The notes beneath the pieces were generated by a model. It did not search any database. It worked only from the letters and a program-made list of their open reading frames with translations, and had not been told where the DNA came from. From Candidatus Hydrogenedentota bacterium (GTDB taxonomy: Bacteria; Hydrogenedentota; Hydrogenedentia; Hydrogenedentales; SLHB01): 64,000 bases of DNA. Position 1 is the stretch's first letter; each line of letters starts with the position of its first letter. The DNA lies in contig CAVUWV010000015.1 in the NCBI GenBank assembly GCA_963745075.1, positions 64,001 through 128,000 on the forward strand. Reading direction: 5' to 3'. This document shows, in pieces, positions 10,664 to 19,744 of the stretch. The translations under genes were made by a program, and so were the position numbers.

Positions 10664-11920
10664 ATGTTTGGTCCACACGTTCGCATATGCCTTGTCGCCT
10701 TTGCCACCGACTTCTCCATCATGGTCGGCCTGACCGCAACGCCCTTCTTCGTCTACAATCAACTGGGCGGGACGGCCACGATGTCCGGGGTCATCGGAGC
10801 GTCCCAGGCCGCTGCATATGCCATCGCGTGCCTGATATCGGCGGGTTTTGTGTCGCGCGCGAAAAACGGGCTTACCTTGGCACTGATCGGTCTGGTGCTC
10901 TATACGGCCTTCTTTTGTATGATGCCGATCTTTCGAAATGCCTTCCTGTGCGGGACGGTATCCACCCTCGCGTGCGCATCCCTCGCCCTCGTGTGGCCCG
11001 CCTTGCATTCCTGGGTCGGCGGGGAGCCCGACCCCGCCATACGCTCGCGCAATATGGGCTGGTTCAATATCTCTTGGAGTTTCGGGTTCGCCGTAAGCCC
11101 CCTGTTTGCGGGACCGTTGTACGACATGGACTACCGGTTGCCCTTCGTGTTGCTGTTTGCGTTCGGTGCCGTGGCATTTGTGCTGGTGCGAACCATGCCC
11201 CACGAACGCATCCACTTCGCCGATGCCACCGAGGAGATGCTCCTCGCCCGCGCCGATCACGACCGATCCAGCGAAATCTACTTGACCTGCGGGTGGACTG
11301 CGGTACTATTCGCCAACGTCCTCGCGGGCATTACCCGGTCCGTCTATCCCAAACGCATCGACGACCTCGTTTCGGCAGGGGATCTGCGCGTGCTCTTCGA
11401 ATCGACTCCCTCCGATTTTCTGTCGTCTGCCCCCGCGACCAAGTATTCCTGGATGGCGTTTCTACTGGCATTCTCGACGGCCATGACCTTTCTCGTGATG
11501 GGACGCACCACCGGATGGCGGCACCGGTTTTCCGTGCTGTTTTGGATTCAGGTCGCCTCGGCTGTCGCGTTCTGGACACTGGCCTGGACCAAGAGCCTTC
11601 TCATCATGCTGGCCTGTTTCAGCGTGGTTGGCGTCTACGTCGGGGTCGCATTCTTTTCCGGCGTGTATTACAGCCTCGGAAACCCAGCCCTGAAACATCG
11701 CCGGGCCGCCATGAACGAGGCCGCTGTCGGCACGGGCGGCTTCACAGGCAGCCTGGTCGTCGGCTACCTCGCCGGTCACTACGGGCACTTTGTGGCGTTC
11801 CGATATACGCCCGTATTTATGATCCTTGCGATCGTCCTCCAGTTCGCCCTCATCCAGCGCGGGAAGTCGCGCGCCCGTCGAATCGAAGCGGCTCGTGCCC
11901 GCGCCGCCGCACAACCGTGA
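10664..11920 (+). CDS. MFS transporter
   Basis: About 12 TM helices; GWFNISWSFGFAVSPLFAGPL resembles MFS motif C; start placed at ATG 10664. Confidence 0.85.
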   Translation: MFGPHVRICLVAFATDFSIMVGLTATPFFVYNQLGGTATMSGVIGASQAAAYAIACLISAGFVSRAKNGLTLALIGLVLYTAFFCMMPIFRNAFLCGTVSTLACASLALVWPALHSWVGGEPDPAIRSRNMGWFNISWSFGFAVSPLFAGPLYDMDYRLPFVLLFAFGAVAFVLVRTMPHERIHFADATEEMLLARADHDRSSEIYLTCGWTAVLFANVLAGITRSVYPKRIDDLVSAGDLRVLFESTPSDFLSSAPATKYSWMAFLLAFSTAMTFLVMGRTTGWRHRFSVLFWIQVASAVAFWTLAWTKSLLIMLACFSVVGVYVGVAFFSGVYYSLGNPALKHRRAAMNEAAVGTGGFTGSLVVGYLAGHYGHFVAFRYTPVFMILAIVLQFALIQRGKSRARRIEAARARAAAQP

Positions 11921-12041
11921 CCGGTCGATATCGTCCAGATTGTCCATAACGTCCATTGCCGCAATACTGCAAATCCCCCTGCAAAACATGTAGAATGCCG
12001 GCTTCTGTTCTCTTGATCTTGGTTACCCTTTGGAATATCTC

Positions 12042-13907
12042 ATGGCCTTATCCGAAAAGAAACGAAAGCTGAACGCTTCCGACGTGTGGCGCGAAGCGCG
12101 CACGCTGATCTGGCGCCATCGTCACCGGTTGTCCATCGGTATGACGCTCATGTTGATCAACCGCGCAGCGGGATTCGTGCTCCCCGCGTCCTCCAAGTTC
12201 GTCGTGGACGCGATCACCGGGAAACCCGTATCCTTGGGTTTCGCAACCTTCGACGTTCTTCAGGGTCTCGGTGAGGCACAAGTACTGTGGTTCCTCGCGT
12301 TGGCCATCGGCATTGCGACATTGATCCAGGCGATTACATCCTTCGCCAACTCGCTGATCATCAGCGTCGCCGCGCAGAAGGCTATTACCGATATGCGCCG
12401 TCGCGTGCAGCGCCACGTCTCGCGCCTGCCGATCCGGTTCTTTGACTCCACTCAGTCCGGCATCCTAATCTCGCGTATCATGACCGACGCGGAGGGCATT
12501 CGTAACCTGATTGGGACCGGCCTCCTGCAAATGGTGGGTGGGTCCATCACCGCATCCGTCGCCTTGGCCGTGCTTTTCTACATCAATTGGCAACTCACGA
12601 CCTTGATCATCATCACATTGGGTGCCTTCGGTATCTTCATGGCCTTCACGTTCAGACGGCTGCGGCCCATCTTTCGGGCCCGCGGACAAATCAATGCTGA
12701 AGTTACCGGCCGCCTTGCCGAATCGTTGGGAGGCATTCGGATCGTGAAAGCCTATACGGCCGAACGTCGCGAGCAACTCGTTTTCACCCAGGGTGCCCAC
12801 CGCCTCTTCCGCAATATCGTCAAATCCATGGTCGGCGTATCGAGCACCACTGCCGTCTCGACCGTGGTCGTTGGTGTCATCGGCGTGGTCATGATCGTAG
12901 TGGGCGGCAACTCGATTCTTTCCGGCAAAATGGACATTGGCTATTTCTTCATGTACATCGCCTTTACCGCCATGGTCGCAGCGCCCGTAGTCCAGATCGC
13001 GTCCATCGGCACGCAGATCAGCGACGCATTTGCCGGGCTGGACCGCATTCACGAGATCTTCTCCATGGCCACCGAATACGAGGAGGAGCAGGATAAGGAA
13101 CCCGTTACACGGGTCGAAGGCGACGTCCAATTCGAGAAGGTCTGGTTCGAGTATCTCCCCGATACCCCCGTCATACGAGGTGTATCGTTCCATGCCCCCG
13201 CCGGTTCCACGACCGCGTTGGTTGGCTCCAGCGGATCGGGAAAGAGCACGCTCATATCGCTCGTCATGGCTTTTGTGCGACCGACGGATGGCCGCGTTAT
13301 GATCGACGCCAAGGACCTGACGAGCATCCGGCTTCACGACTACCGCGACCACATGGGCATCGTCATGCAGGACAACTTCCTCTTTGACGGGACCGTTGCC
13401 GACAATATTCGCTTTTCCAAGCCCAACGCGTCCATTGAGGAAGTCATTCGCGTCAGCAAGATCGCGCACAGTCACGAGTTCATCAAAGGGTTCGAGAATC
13501 AGTACGACACAATTGTCGGCGAGCGGGGCGTGCGCCTTTCCGGTGGGCAACGCCAGCGTATCGCCATCGCCCGCGCCATCCTGGCCGATCCCAGCGTCTT
13601 GATTCTGGACGAAGCAACGTCCAGTCTCGACAGTGAGAGTGAGGCACTCATCCAGGATGCCTTGCGTTCCCTGCGCCGGGGCCGGACCACCTTCGTCATC
13701 GCCCACCGGTTGTCCACGATTCGCAGCGCCGACCAGATCCTTGTCCTCGAGGAGGGGGAGATTGTCGAGCGTGGCACGCACCACGAACTGTATGAACTGA
13801 ACGGCCGGTACCGGCAGCTTCATGACAAGCAGTACCAGTTGGAGGCCGATACCTTCGTCAATCCCGGCGAGGACTTCACCCCGGAACTGGGAGCGGATCG
13901 CGAATGA
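12042..13907 (+). CDS. ABC exporter, fused permease/ATP-binding (MsbA-like)
   Basis: N-terminal TMD; Walker A GSSGSGKS, signature LSGGQ, Walker B ILDEAT, IAHRLST. Confidence 0.95.
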   Translation: MALSEKKRKLNASDVWREARTLIWRHRHRLSIGMTLMLINRAAGFVLPASSKFVVDAITGKPVSLGFATFDVLQGLGEAQVLWFLALAIGIATLIQAITSFANSLIISVAAQKAITDMRRRVQRHVSRLPIRFFDSTQSGILISRIMTDAEGIRNLIGTGLLQMVGGSITASVALAVLFYINWQLTTLIIITLGAFGIFMAFTFRRLRPIFRARGQINAEVTGRLAESLGGIRIVKAYTAERREQLVFTQGAHRLFRNIVKSMVGVSSTTAVSTVVVGVIGVVMIVVGGNSILSGKMDIGYFFMYIAFTAMVAAPVVQIASIGTQISDAFAGLDRIHEIFSMATEYEEEQDKEPVTRVEGDVQFEKVWFEYLPDTPVIRGVSFHAPAGSTTALVGSSGSGKSTLISLVMAFVRPTDGRVMIDAKDLTSIRLHDYRDHMGIVMQDNFLFDGTVADNIRFSKPNASIEEVIRVSKIAHSHEFIKGFENQYDTIVGERGVRLSGGQRQRIAIARAILADPSVLILDEATSSLDSESEALIQDALRSLRRGRTTFVIAHRLSTIRSADQILVLEEGEIVERGTHHELYELNGRYRQLHDKQYQLEADTFVNPGEDFTPELGADRE

Positions 13908-15358
13908 GCCTGGCCGCGTCTCGGCTGCTGCTCGTCGGCTTTGTCGCGGTGCTGACATTCGTTACGTTCCGATCGCCGCGGCGGGCAGTGGAAACATTCC
14001 GCAAGTTCATCTTTGTCCCAGCGGCTCCGTTGAACCTCGCGGTATTTCGCATTGTCGTGTTTGCGGCCGTACTGCAGAAGCTCAATCTGGGTACGGCCGT
14101 CTGGCTTGCCCATATCCCCGAAGATCTGATGGCTCCGCCGTGGGGCATGAGGACCATCGTGGATATCGTTCCCCTGACTCCGGAATGGGTCTGGTGGGCG
14201 GGATGGTTGCTCGGGGCCGTTTGCACGGCCGGTATTCTCGGGATCTTGACGCGAACCAGCGCGGCACTTGCAGCCTTATTTGGCCTCTTTGTACTTGGCG
14301 TGCCCCAGTGCGTGGGCAAGGTCAGCCATTACAATCATCTCGTTTGGTTCCTCGCGGTGCTCGCGGCTTCACCCTGCGGCGACGCACTGTCGGTGGACGC
14401 ATTACTGCGATCGAAGTCGCGGACCGCCACCGGCTTCATGGGTACTAGACGAGCCGATCTGGCCTACGGCTTCCCGCTGCGGGTGGTGTGGCTGACTATC
14501 GGTATCATCTACTTTTTTCCGGGATTCTGGAAAGTGTGGACTTCCGGTTTGGAATGGGTTCTGGGCGACAACTTGCCGAACTTGGTTCTCCGATACGGAG
14601 CCTTAATCGAATCCGATCGGGCACTATGGTTGGCCACGGTCCCCATGGTGCTCAAGGCCGGCGGCGCGGCCGTTCTGCTATTTGAAATGGGATTCATTTT
14701 TGCGTTGTTTTGGCCCCGGTTCCGTTTCTTCGCGATGGGATCCGGTGTCTTCTTTCACCTCGCCAACTGGTACGCCTTGGACATTCTATTTCATCCACTT
14801 TTGGCATGTTACGTTGTCTTCGTCGACTGGGCGGCGTTGGTTCGACGGGGTCAAAAGGATCGTCCGGCGGTTGTGTCGAGTGATGCAAAGCAAGAACAGT
14901 TGCGTGCAGCGATTCCTCGAACGCTAATACTGGTGTGTACCGTGGTGATTGTCGGCGCCGTCTATGCCGGCGCCCGGGGCATCACCCAGGGCTGGCCCTT
15001 CGCGTGCTACCCGACGTTCGACGAAATCGCGCAGCCCTACATGCGCACCGTAACGCTCGATCGAATCGACGATAGCGCGGCAATACCCATCGATTTGGAC
15101 CCGCTGCGTCACCGGCTGGGGGCCGTCCGCTGGGAACGCTGGATCGCGTGGATGGTGGAGACGCAGGACGAGGAAGCGCGTTCCGGTCGATTGACCGCAT
15201 TCGCCCAATGGTGTGCTCGCGAATCGGGTCTGAGCGGAAAAGATGGCATGCTGCGGCTCAGCACGACTATCCTGGATGTCAGCCAACAGGAGCCGGGAAC
15301 GGTATCCCACGAAGTTCTGATTCGCTGCGCTCTCGGGCGTACGGGTAGTGAGCGATAG
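13904..15358 (+). CDS. HTTM-domain (vitamin K-dependent carboxylase/SdpB-like) membrane protein
   Basis: LAVFRI, PCGDALSVDA, IYFFPGFWK, FH and WPFACYPTF motifs; ATGA overlap with ABC gene stop. Confidence 0.7.
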   Translation: MSLAASRLLLVGFVAVLTFVTFRSPRRAVETFRKFIFVPAAPLNLAVFRIVVFAAVLQKLNLGTAVWLAHIPEDLMAPPWGMRTIVDIVPLTPEWVWWAGWLLGAVCTAGILGILTRTSAALAALFGLFVLGVPQCVGKVSHYNHLVWFLAVLAASPCGDALSVDALLRSKSRTATGFMGTRRADLAYGFPLRVVWLTIGIIYFFPGFWKVWTSGLEWVLGDNLPNLVLRYGALIESDRALWLATVPMVLKAGGAAVLLFEMGFIFALFWPRFRFFAMGSGVFFHLANWYALDILFHPLLACYVVFVDWAALVRRGQKDRPAVVSSDAKQEQLRAAIPRTLILVCTVVIVGAVYAGARGITQGWPFACYPTFDEIAQPYMRTVTLDRIDDSAAIPIDLDPLRHRLGAVRWERWIAWMVETQDEEARSGRLTAFAQWCARESGLSGKDGMLRLSTTILDVSQQEPGTVSHEVLIRCALGRTGSER

Positions 15359-15424
15359 CGGTGCCATTAACGCGGCGGGAAATTCCATCACAAACCGGTT
15401 TGCCCGCGACTGAGTCGCGTGCGC

Positions 15425-17641
15425 TCAATCCGGCACGCGATTCGCCAACCGGTCAGCCAGGCGCGAATTCCGCTTAGTCGCCTGGACGTTATGCACGGCC
15501 CGTGCCACCGCTCGTGGATCCCCGACGATGACCACCATCTGTTTCGCCCGCGTAATCGCCGTATAGAAGACGTTGCGTTGCAGCATCATGTAGTGCTGCG
15601 TCGCCATCGGCAGGACGACCACCGGATACTCGCTGCCCTGCGCCTTATGAACTGTGCTCGCGTAGGCCGGCGTCAACTCATCCAGTTCGTCAAAGGCGTA
15701 AAGCACATCGCGGTCGTCGTAATGTACGATGACTTCCTGCAGCACGTCGTCTATCTGCGTGATGATCCCGACATCTCCGTTGTAAACGTCAAGCTCGTAG
15801 TTGTTCCGAACCTGCATCACCTTGTCGTGCAAACCGAACGGACGCGGTCCTATGGTGGGCGTCTGCGCATTCAACGCTTCGCGCAACGCGACATTGAGTC
15901 GCGTTACGCCCACCTCGCCCCGGTGCATCGGCGCCAAAACCTGGATATCGCGCAGCGGATCCACCCCGAACTTGTCGGGGATGCGCGTCGTCACCAATTC
16001 CCGCACCGTCTCCAACGCCTTCTCCGGATCTTTCCGGTCTACAAAGAAGAAGTCTCGGTCATTATATTGGGGAAACTCGCCTGCGTTAATCCGATGCGCG
16101 TTCGTAATGATCCCGCTCTCGGCCGCCTGCCGGAACACCGTCTTCAACCACACCACCGGGATCGCTTGGCTCGCGATGACATCCATCAACACGTTCCCCG
16201 GCCCCACGGAGGGCAACTGGTCGACATCGCCCACGAGGAACAAGCGCGCCTGCGGCGGCAGCGCCTTCAGCAGGCTATGCATCAAGCTGATATCCATCAT
16301 CGAGCATTCGTCGATCACCACCAGATCGGCGCTCAACGGATTTCCTTCATGCCGCGTAAACCCGCCCGCTTTTGGGCTCCACTCCAGGAGCCGGTGAATG
16401 GTCTTCGCCTCGCGGCCGGTCGCGGAAGACATGCGTTTCGCGGCCCGTCCCGTAGGCGCGGCCAACAACACCTGCATGCCCTTCCGCACGAAGATTGCCA
16501 AGAGCCCGTTTAACAGTGTTGTCTTGCCCGTACCCGGACCGCCCGTGATTACCATCGCCTTCGCGGTGACCGCCGTACGGACCGCCGACCGCTGCTCTTC
16601 GGACAATTCAATGCCGCGCGTTTTCTCCACCCACGCGATGGCCTTCTCCACCTGGATGGGGAACTCTTCCTTGGGAACGCTTATCAGTCTCTTGAGCAAC
16701 TTCGCGCAATTCGTTTCGGCCTGGTGCAACGCAGGAAGGAAATACTCGGTCTGTTCGTGCACGATCCGGTCAGTATCAACCATGGAACTCAGTACGGTTT
16801 GCACGATGTCGGAATCCACCTCGAGCAATTCGGCGGAGTCCGCGATCAAGGGTTCCTCGGGCAGAAAGGTATGGCCGTCGCTGGTTGCCCGTCGCAGCGT
16901 ATGCAACACCCCTGCAGCGACCCGCTTGGGTGACGCCGGTTCAATGCCCATTTGCGCGGCGATTCCGTCCGCAATCTTGAACGAAATCCCGGGGATGTCT
17001 TCCGCCAGCCGATAGGGATTATCCCGCAACACGGCGACCGCCTTGTCGCCATAGTGCTTGTAGATACGCACCGCCTGCGACGACGCGATGCCGTGCCCTT
17101 GCAAGAACAGCATGATGGATTGAATGGCCTTTTGCGCCTGCCACGCTTCCCGAATCTGTGTCGCTCGCTTTTGCCCAATCCCCTCGACCTTCCGTAATCG
17201 CTCAGGCTCTTCATCGATGACGCGCAGCGTCTCGACGCCGAAGGCCTTGACCAGTCGTTTGGCGTAGGTGGGGCCGATGCCGTTGATGAGTCCTGAACCC
17301 AGGTACTTCTCGATCGCGTCGGCGGTAGCGGGGAGGACGGTTTCGTAGCGTTCGACGCGCAGTTGCCGGCCAAACTTCGCGTCGTCGACCCAGCGGCCCC
17401 AAAGCCGTACCGTTTCCCCCGGCGACACGGCGAGGCCCGATCCGACAAACGTCATCAGTCCACGCGGTTGCGGTGCTTGCAGCCGGCCTACTAGGAAACC
17501 GCTGTCTTTCCCCTCAAAGACAATGCGCTCGACGGTGCCTTCGACGCAGTCCGCCGGCACCTTCTCCTCCGACTCCCGGAAGGTCGTCTGGTGGTCCGCT
17601 TCCCTGTCTTCGTTCAACGCCCCAAAGCCCTTAATTCCCAA
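15425..17641 (-). CDS. recD2: ATP-dependent RecD-like DNA helicase RecD2
   Basis: N-terminal OB/HhH region (YLGSGLINGIGP), Walker A GGPGTGKT, APTGRAAKR, DECSM, GDVDQLPSV, TVHKAQGSE; exact start uncertain. Confidence 0.93.
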   Translation of the reverse strand: MGIKGFGALNEDREADHQTTFRESEEKVPADCVEGTVERIVFEGKDSGFLVGRLQAPQPRGLMTFVGSGLAVSPGETVRLWGRWVDDAKFGRQLRVERYETVLPATADAIEKYLGSGLINGIGPTYAKRLVKAFGVETLRVIDEEPERLRKVEGIGQKRATQIREAWQAQKAIQSIMLFLQGHGIASSQAVRIYKHYGDKAVAVLRDNPYRLAEDIPGISFKIADGIAAQMGIEPASPKRVAAGVLHTLRRATSDGHTFLPEEPLIADSAELLEVDSDIVQTVLSSMVDTDRIVHEQTEYFLPALHQAETNCAKLLKRLISVPKEEFPIQVEKAIAWVEKTRGIELSEEQRSAVRTAVTAKAMVITGGPGTGKTTLLNGLLAIFVRKGMQVLLAAPTGRAAKRMSSATGREAKTIHRLLEWSPKAGGFTRHEGNPLSADLVVIDECSMMDISLMHSLLKALPPQARLFLVGDVDQLPSVGPGNVLMDVIASQAIPVVWLKTVFRQAAESGIITNAHRINAGEFPQYNDRDFFFVDRKDPEKALETVRELVTTRIPDKFGVDPLRDIQVLAPMHRGEVGVTRLNVALREALNAQTPTIGPRPFGLHDKVMQVRNNYELDVYNGDVGIITQIDDVLQEVIVHYDDRDVLYAFDELDELTPAYASTVHKAQGSEYPVVVLPMATQHYMMLQRNVFYTAITRAKQMVVIVGDPRAVARAVHNVQATKRNSRLADRLANRVPD

Positions 17642-17657
17642 TTCTTAACTCAGGATT

Positions 17658-18383
17658 CTACCCCCCGATCGGCACACTCCCAAATCGCCGCACCACGATC
17701 TCATCGGTGGTCGCACGCGGGCTGAGCGACGCCAGATACAGACAGGCGTGCGCGATATCTTCCGGCGTCATCCAATCGCTCTTGTCGCGGTCCGGCATGG
17801 CCTTCTGAGCGAGCCGCGTGTCCACGCCCCCCGGGCAGATGCTGTGGACGCCGATCCCGTACTCACGCAGTTCCATGGCGAGCACCTTGCTCAGGCCGTT
17901 CAAACCGTGTTTCGACGCACAATATGCACTCTGGCGGTTCAGCGGCTTTAATCCCGCGACGCTGGAGATATTAATGATCCGGCCGGTTCGGCGTCCCATC
18001 ATCGAAGGCAACACAGCTTGAATGCACAGAAACGGACCGGTCAGGTTGACGTCCAGGGTGGTTCGCCATTCGTACTCGCTGAGTTCCGTGAAGGGTTTGA
18101 ACTGCGCGTAGCCTGCGTTGTTCACGAGAATGTCGATGGCGCCAAGAGAACCGAGCGTTTCCTCGACCATCGTGTGGACGGCGTCCGAGTGTCTCACGTC
18201 GCATTGCAGGGCGAGGGCCCGGCGCCCGGTAGTTCGGATTGCCTCCGCCGTTTCCCGTATCTCCGCTTCCGTACGCGCTGCAACGGCCACGTCACACCCC
18301 TGTTTGGCGAACGCTAATGCAATCCCGCGGCCGATCCCACGGCCGCCGCCCGTGACAAGCGCAACTTTACCTTCCAATAGCAT
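17658..18383 (-). CDS. SDR family NAD(P)-dependent oxidoreductase
   Basis: TGGGRGIG, NNAG and YCASK motifs. Confidence 0.93.
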   Translation of the reverse strand: MLLEGKVALVTGGGRGIGRGIALAFAKQGCDVAVAARTEAEIRETAEAIRTTGRRALALQCDVRHSDAVHTMVEETLGSLGAIDILVNNAGYAQFKPFTELSEYEWRTTLDVNLTGPFLCIQAVLPSMMGRRTGRIINISSVAGLKPLNRQSAYCASKHGLNGLSKVLAMELREYGIGVHSICPGGVDTRLAQKAMPDRDKSDWMTPEDIAHACLYLASLSPRATTDEIVVRRFGSVPIGG

Positions 18384-18414
18384 GATGCCTCCCGAGTGAG
18401 TCGGGAGGCATCAT
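18382..18414 (-). promoter_or_regulatory. Perfect 14-bp hairpin covering the SDR RBS and start codon
   Basis: ATGATGCCTCCCGA (18382-18395) / TCGGGAGGCATCAT (18401-18414) with a 5-nt loop; on the minus-strand mRNA the 3' arm contains GGGAGG and the AU of AUG. Confidence 0.65.
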
Positions 18415-18444
18415 AACATAGGGCGTTAGAGAGCGCGTTAAACG

Positions 18445-18801
18445 CTATTTGATTAGGCGAATAGCAAAAGGATAGCGATACGCGTTCCCTTGCTTCGCCT
18501 GCAATCCGGCGATGACGACAAACAGAACATTCACGAAGAGCAGGACAAACCCCAGCAACCCGATAAATGGTATCAAGTACCCAAGGATCATCAGCACCAA
18601 CCCAATTAAAACCATGGTGATCTGGAAATTCATCGACTCCTTGCCCTGATCCTGGACGAAAGCAAATTCTTTGCCCTTTACCAGCCAAACGATGAGGGGT
18701 CCAAGGATGTTTGCAAACGGAATGCATGTAAACATTGCAAGAGCACTGAGATGGCAAAGCATCCCCCACGTACGGGCTTGATCATCAGTTTCAACGGACA
18801 T
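18445..18801 (-). CDS. DUF4870 domain membrane protein
   Basis: WGMLCHLS...GPLIVWL...QGKESMNFQIT...YRYPFAIRLIK pattern. Confidence 0.9.
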   Translation of the reverse strand: MSVETDDQARTWGMLCHLSALAMFTCIPFANILGPLIVWLVKGKEFAFVQDQGKESMNFQITMVLIGLVLMILGYLIPFIGLLGFVLLFVNVLFVVIAGLQAKQGNAYRYPFAIRLIK

Positions 18802-19023
18802 CGGCGTACCCTTTCCCTTCGGTTTAGGACCAGTCTTTCGAGACGATGATAGAACACCCTGCGGAACTACTCTGCACGCGACACCCCGGACCTGTCAATC
18901 AAATTGAGAAGGGGAACTTAGGAAATAGTACGCTGCTAGGGGCCGATGTGTTTTGCATACGCCCCGGTGGGTTCTGCTTCACAGGCGATAAGCGAGCCGG
19001 CGGTCGCCTTCTGGGGACGGCAG

Positions 19024-19509
19024 CTATGCCCGGATCTCATCCAGCAACGAATGCAGCGCGGCCATCTCGCGCTCGGCCCCCAGGCACCGGTAGAACTCCA
19101 CGCAGCCGGAACACACGAATGGGTTTTCAAGTACCAACGCACAATCCTGCTTGTACGTTTGGGGCGCAAAGAGGCATCGTGACGGGGATTCGTGGGTAAG
19201 GTCTTCTTCTACCAATAGCGGGTTCAACACCAGCGCCCGCCACTGGATCTTTCCCAGTAATGCGCAGAGCCGGAAATACGCATTCCGGTCCAACTTCGCG
19301 TATTGGCATAGACCTTCACACTGGTACATGGAAACGGACACGCCACGTGCACGGTCCACATTAAAGAGTGCCGGTCGCCGGTCGCCCGTAATGGTGAGCC
19401 GGAAGTCGGCGGCAGAGGTGCCGCAGTGCACCTGCGTGACAAGAATATCCGCTTCATCGCCCAACCGGCGAAAATCGGGATAGGGAGCTTGACCTTCAAC
19501 ATGAAACAT
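19024..19509 (-). CDS. Cys-rich hypothetical protein with C-terminal H..CLF..CxxC motif
   Basis: 161 aa from ATG 19509 behind GAGG; THESPSRCLF...KQD...CSGC. Confidence 0.6.
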   Translation of the reverse strand: MFHVEGQAPYPDFRRLGDEADILVTQVHCGTSAADFRLTITGDRRPALFNVDRARGVSVSMYQCEGLCQYAKLDRNAYFRLCALLGKIQWRALVLNPLLVEEDLTHESPSRCLFAPQTYKQDCALVLENPFVCSGCVEFYRCLGAEREMAALHSLLDEIRA

Positions 19510-19744
19510 CACGGGACACCTCGCTTCCTTGCGGCGCAGTTGCCGATTCCGTCCCAATCCTCGACATGCTGCCAAGCAGGGGTGCCCTTGTGAGGTTCAA
19601 GGTATCACGCGGATAGGCTCCGGGACACCTCCTCACGCGTTCAGTTTATCACGGGAGAGCCCATTCTGTCCCGAAAAAAATCACATCTTTGCCTGACTTA
19701 CGTGATTTTCACAGATTGCCGGCGACGGAATCTGCTCAGAGTTC

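Noticed and set aside
15419..16513. Long antisense ORFs (also 12465-13958, 22916-24067, 38521-39999, 47556-48974, 50101-51300, 59187-60548)
   Set aside because: They are shadows of well-supported genes on the opposite strand, expected at high GC, and have no recognisable motifs
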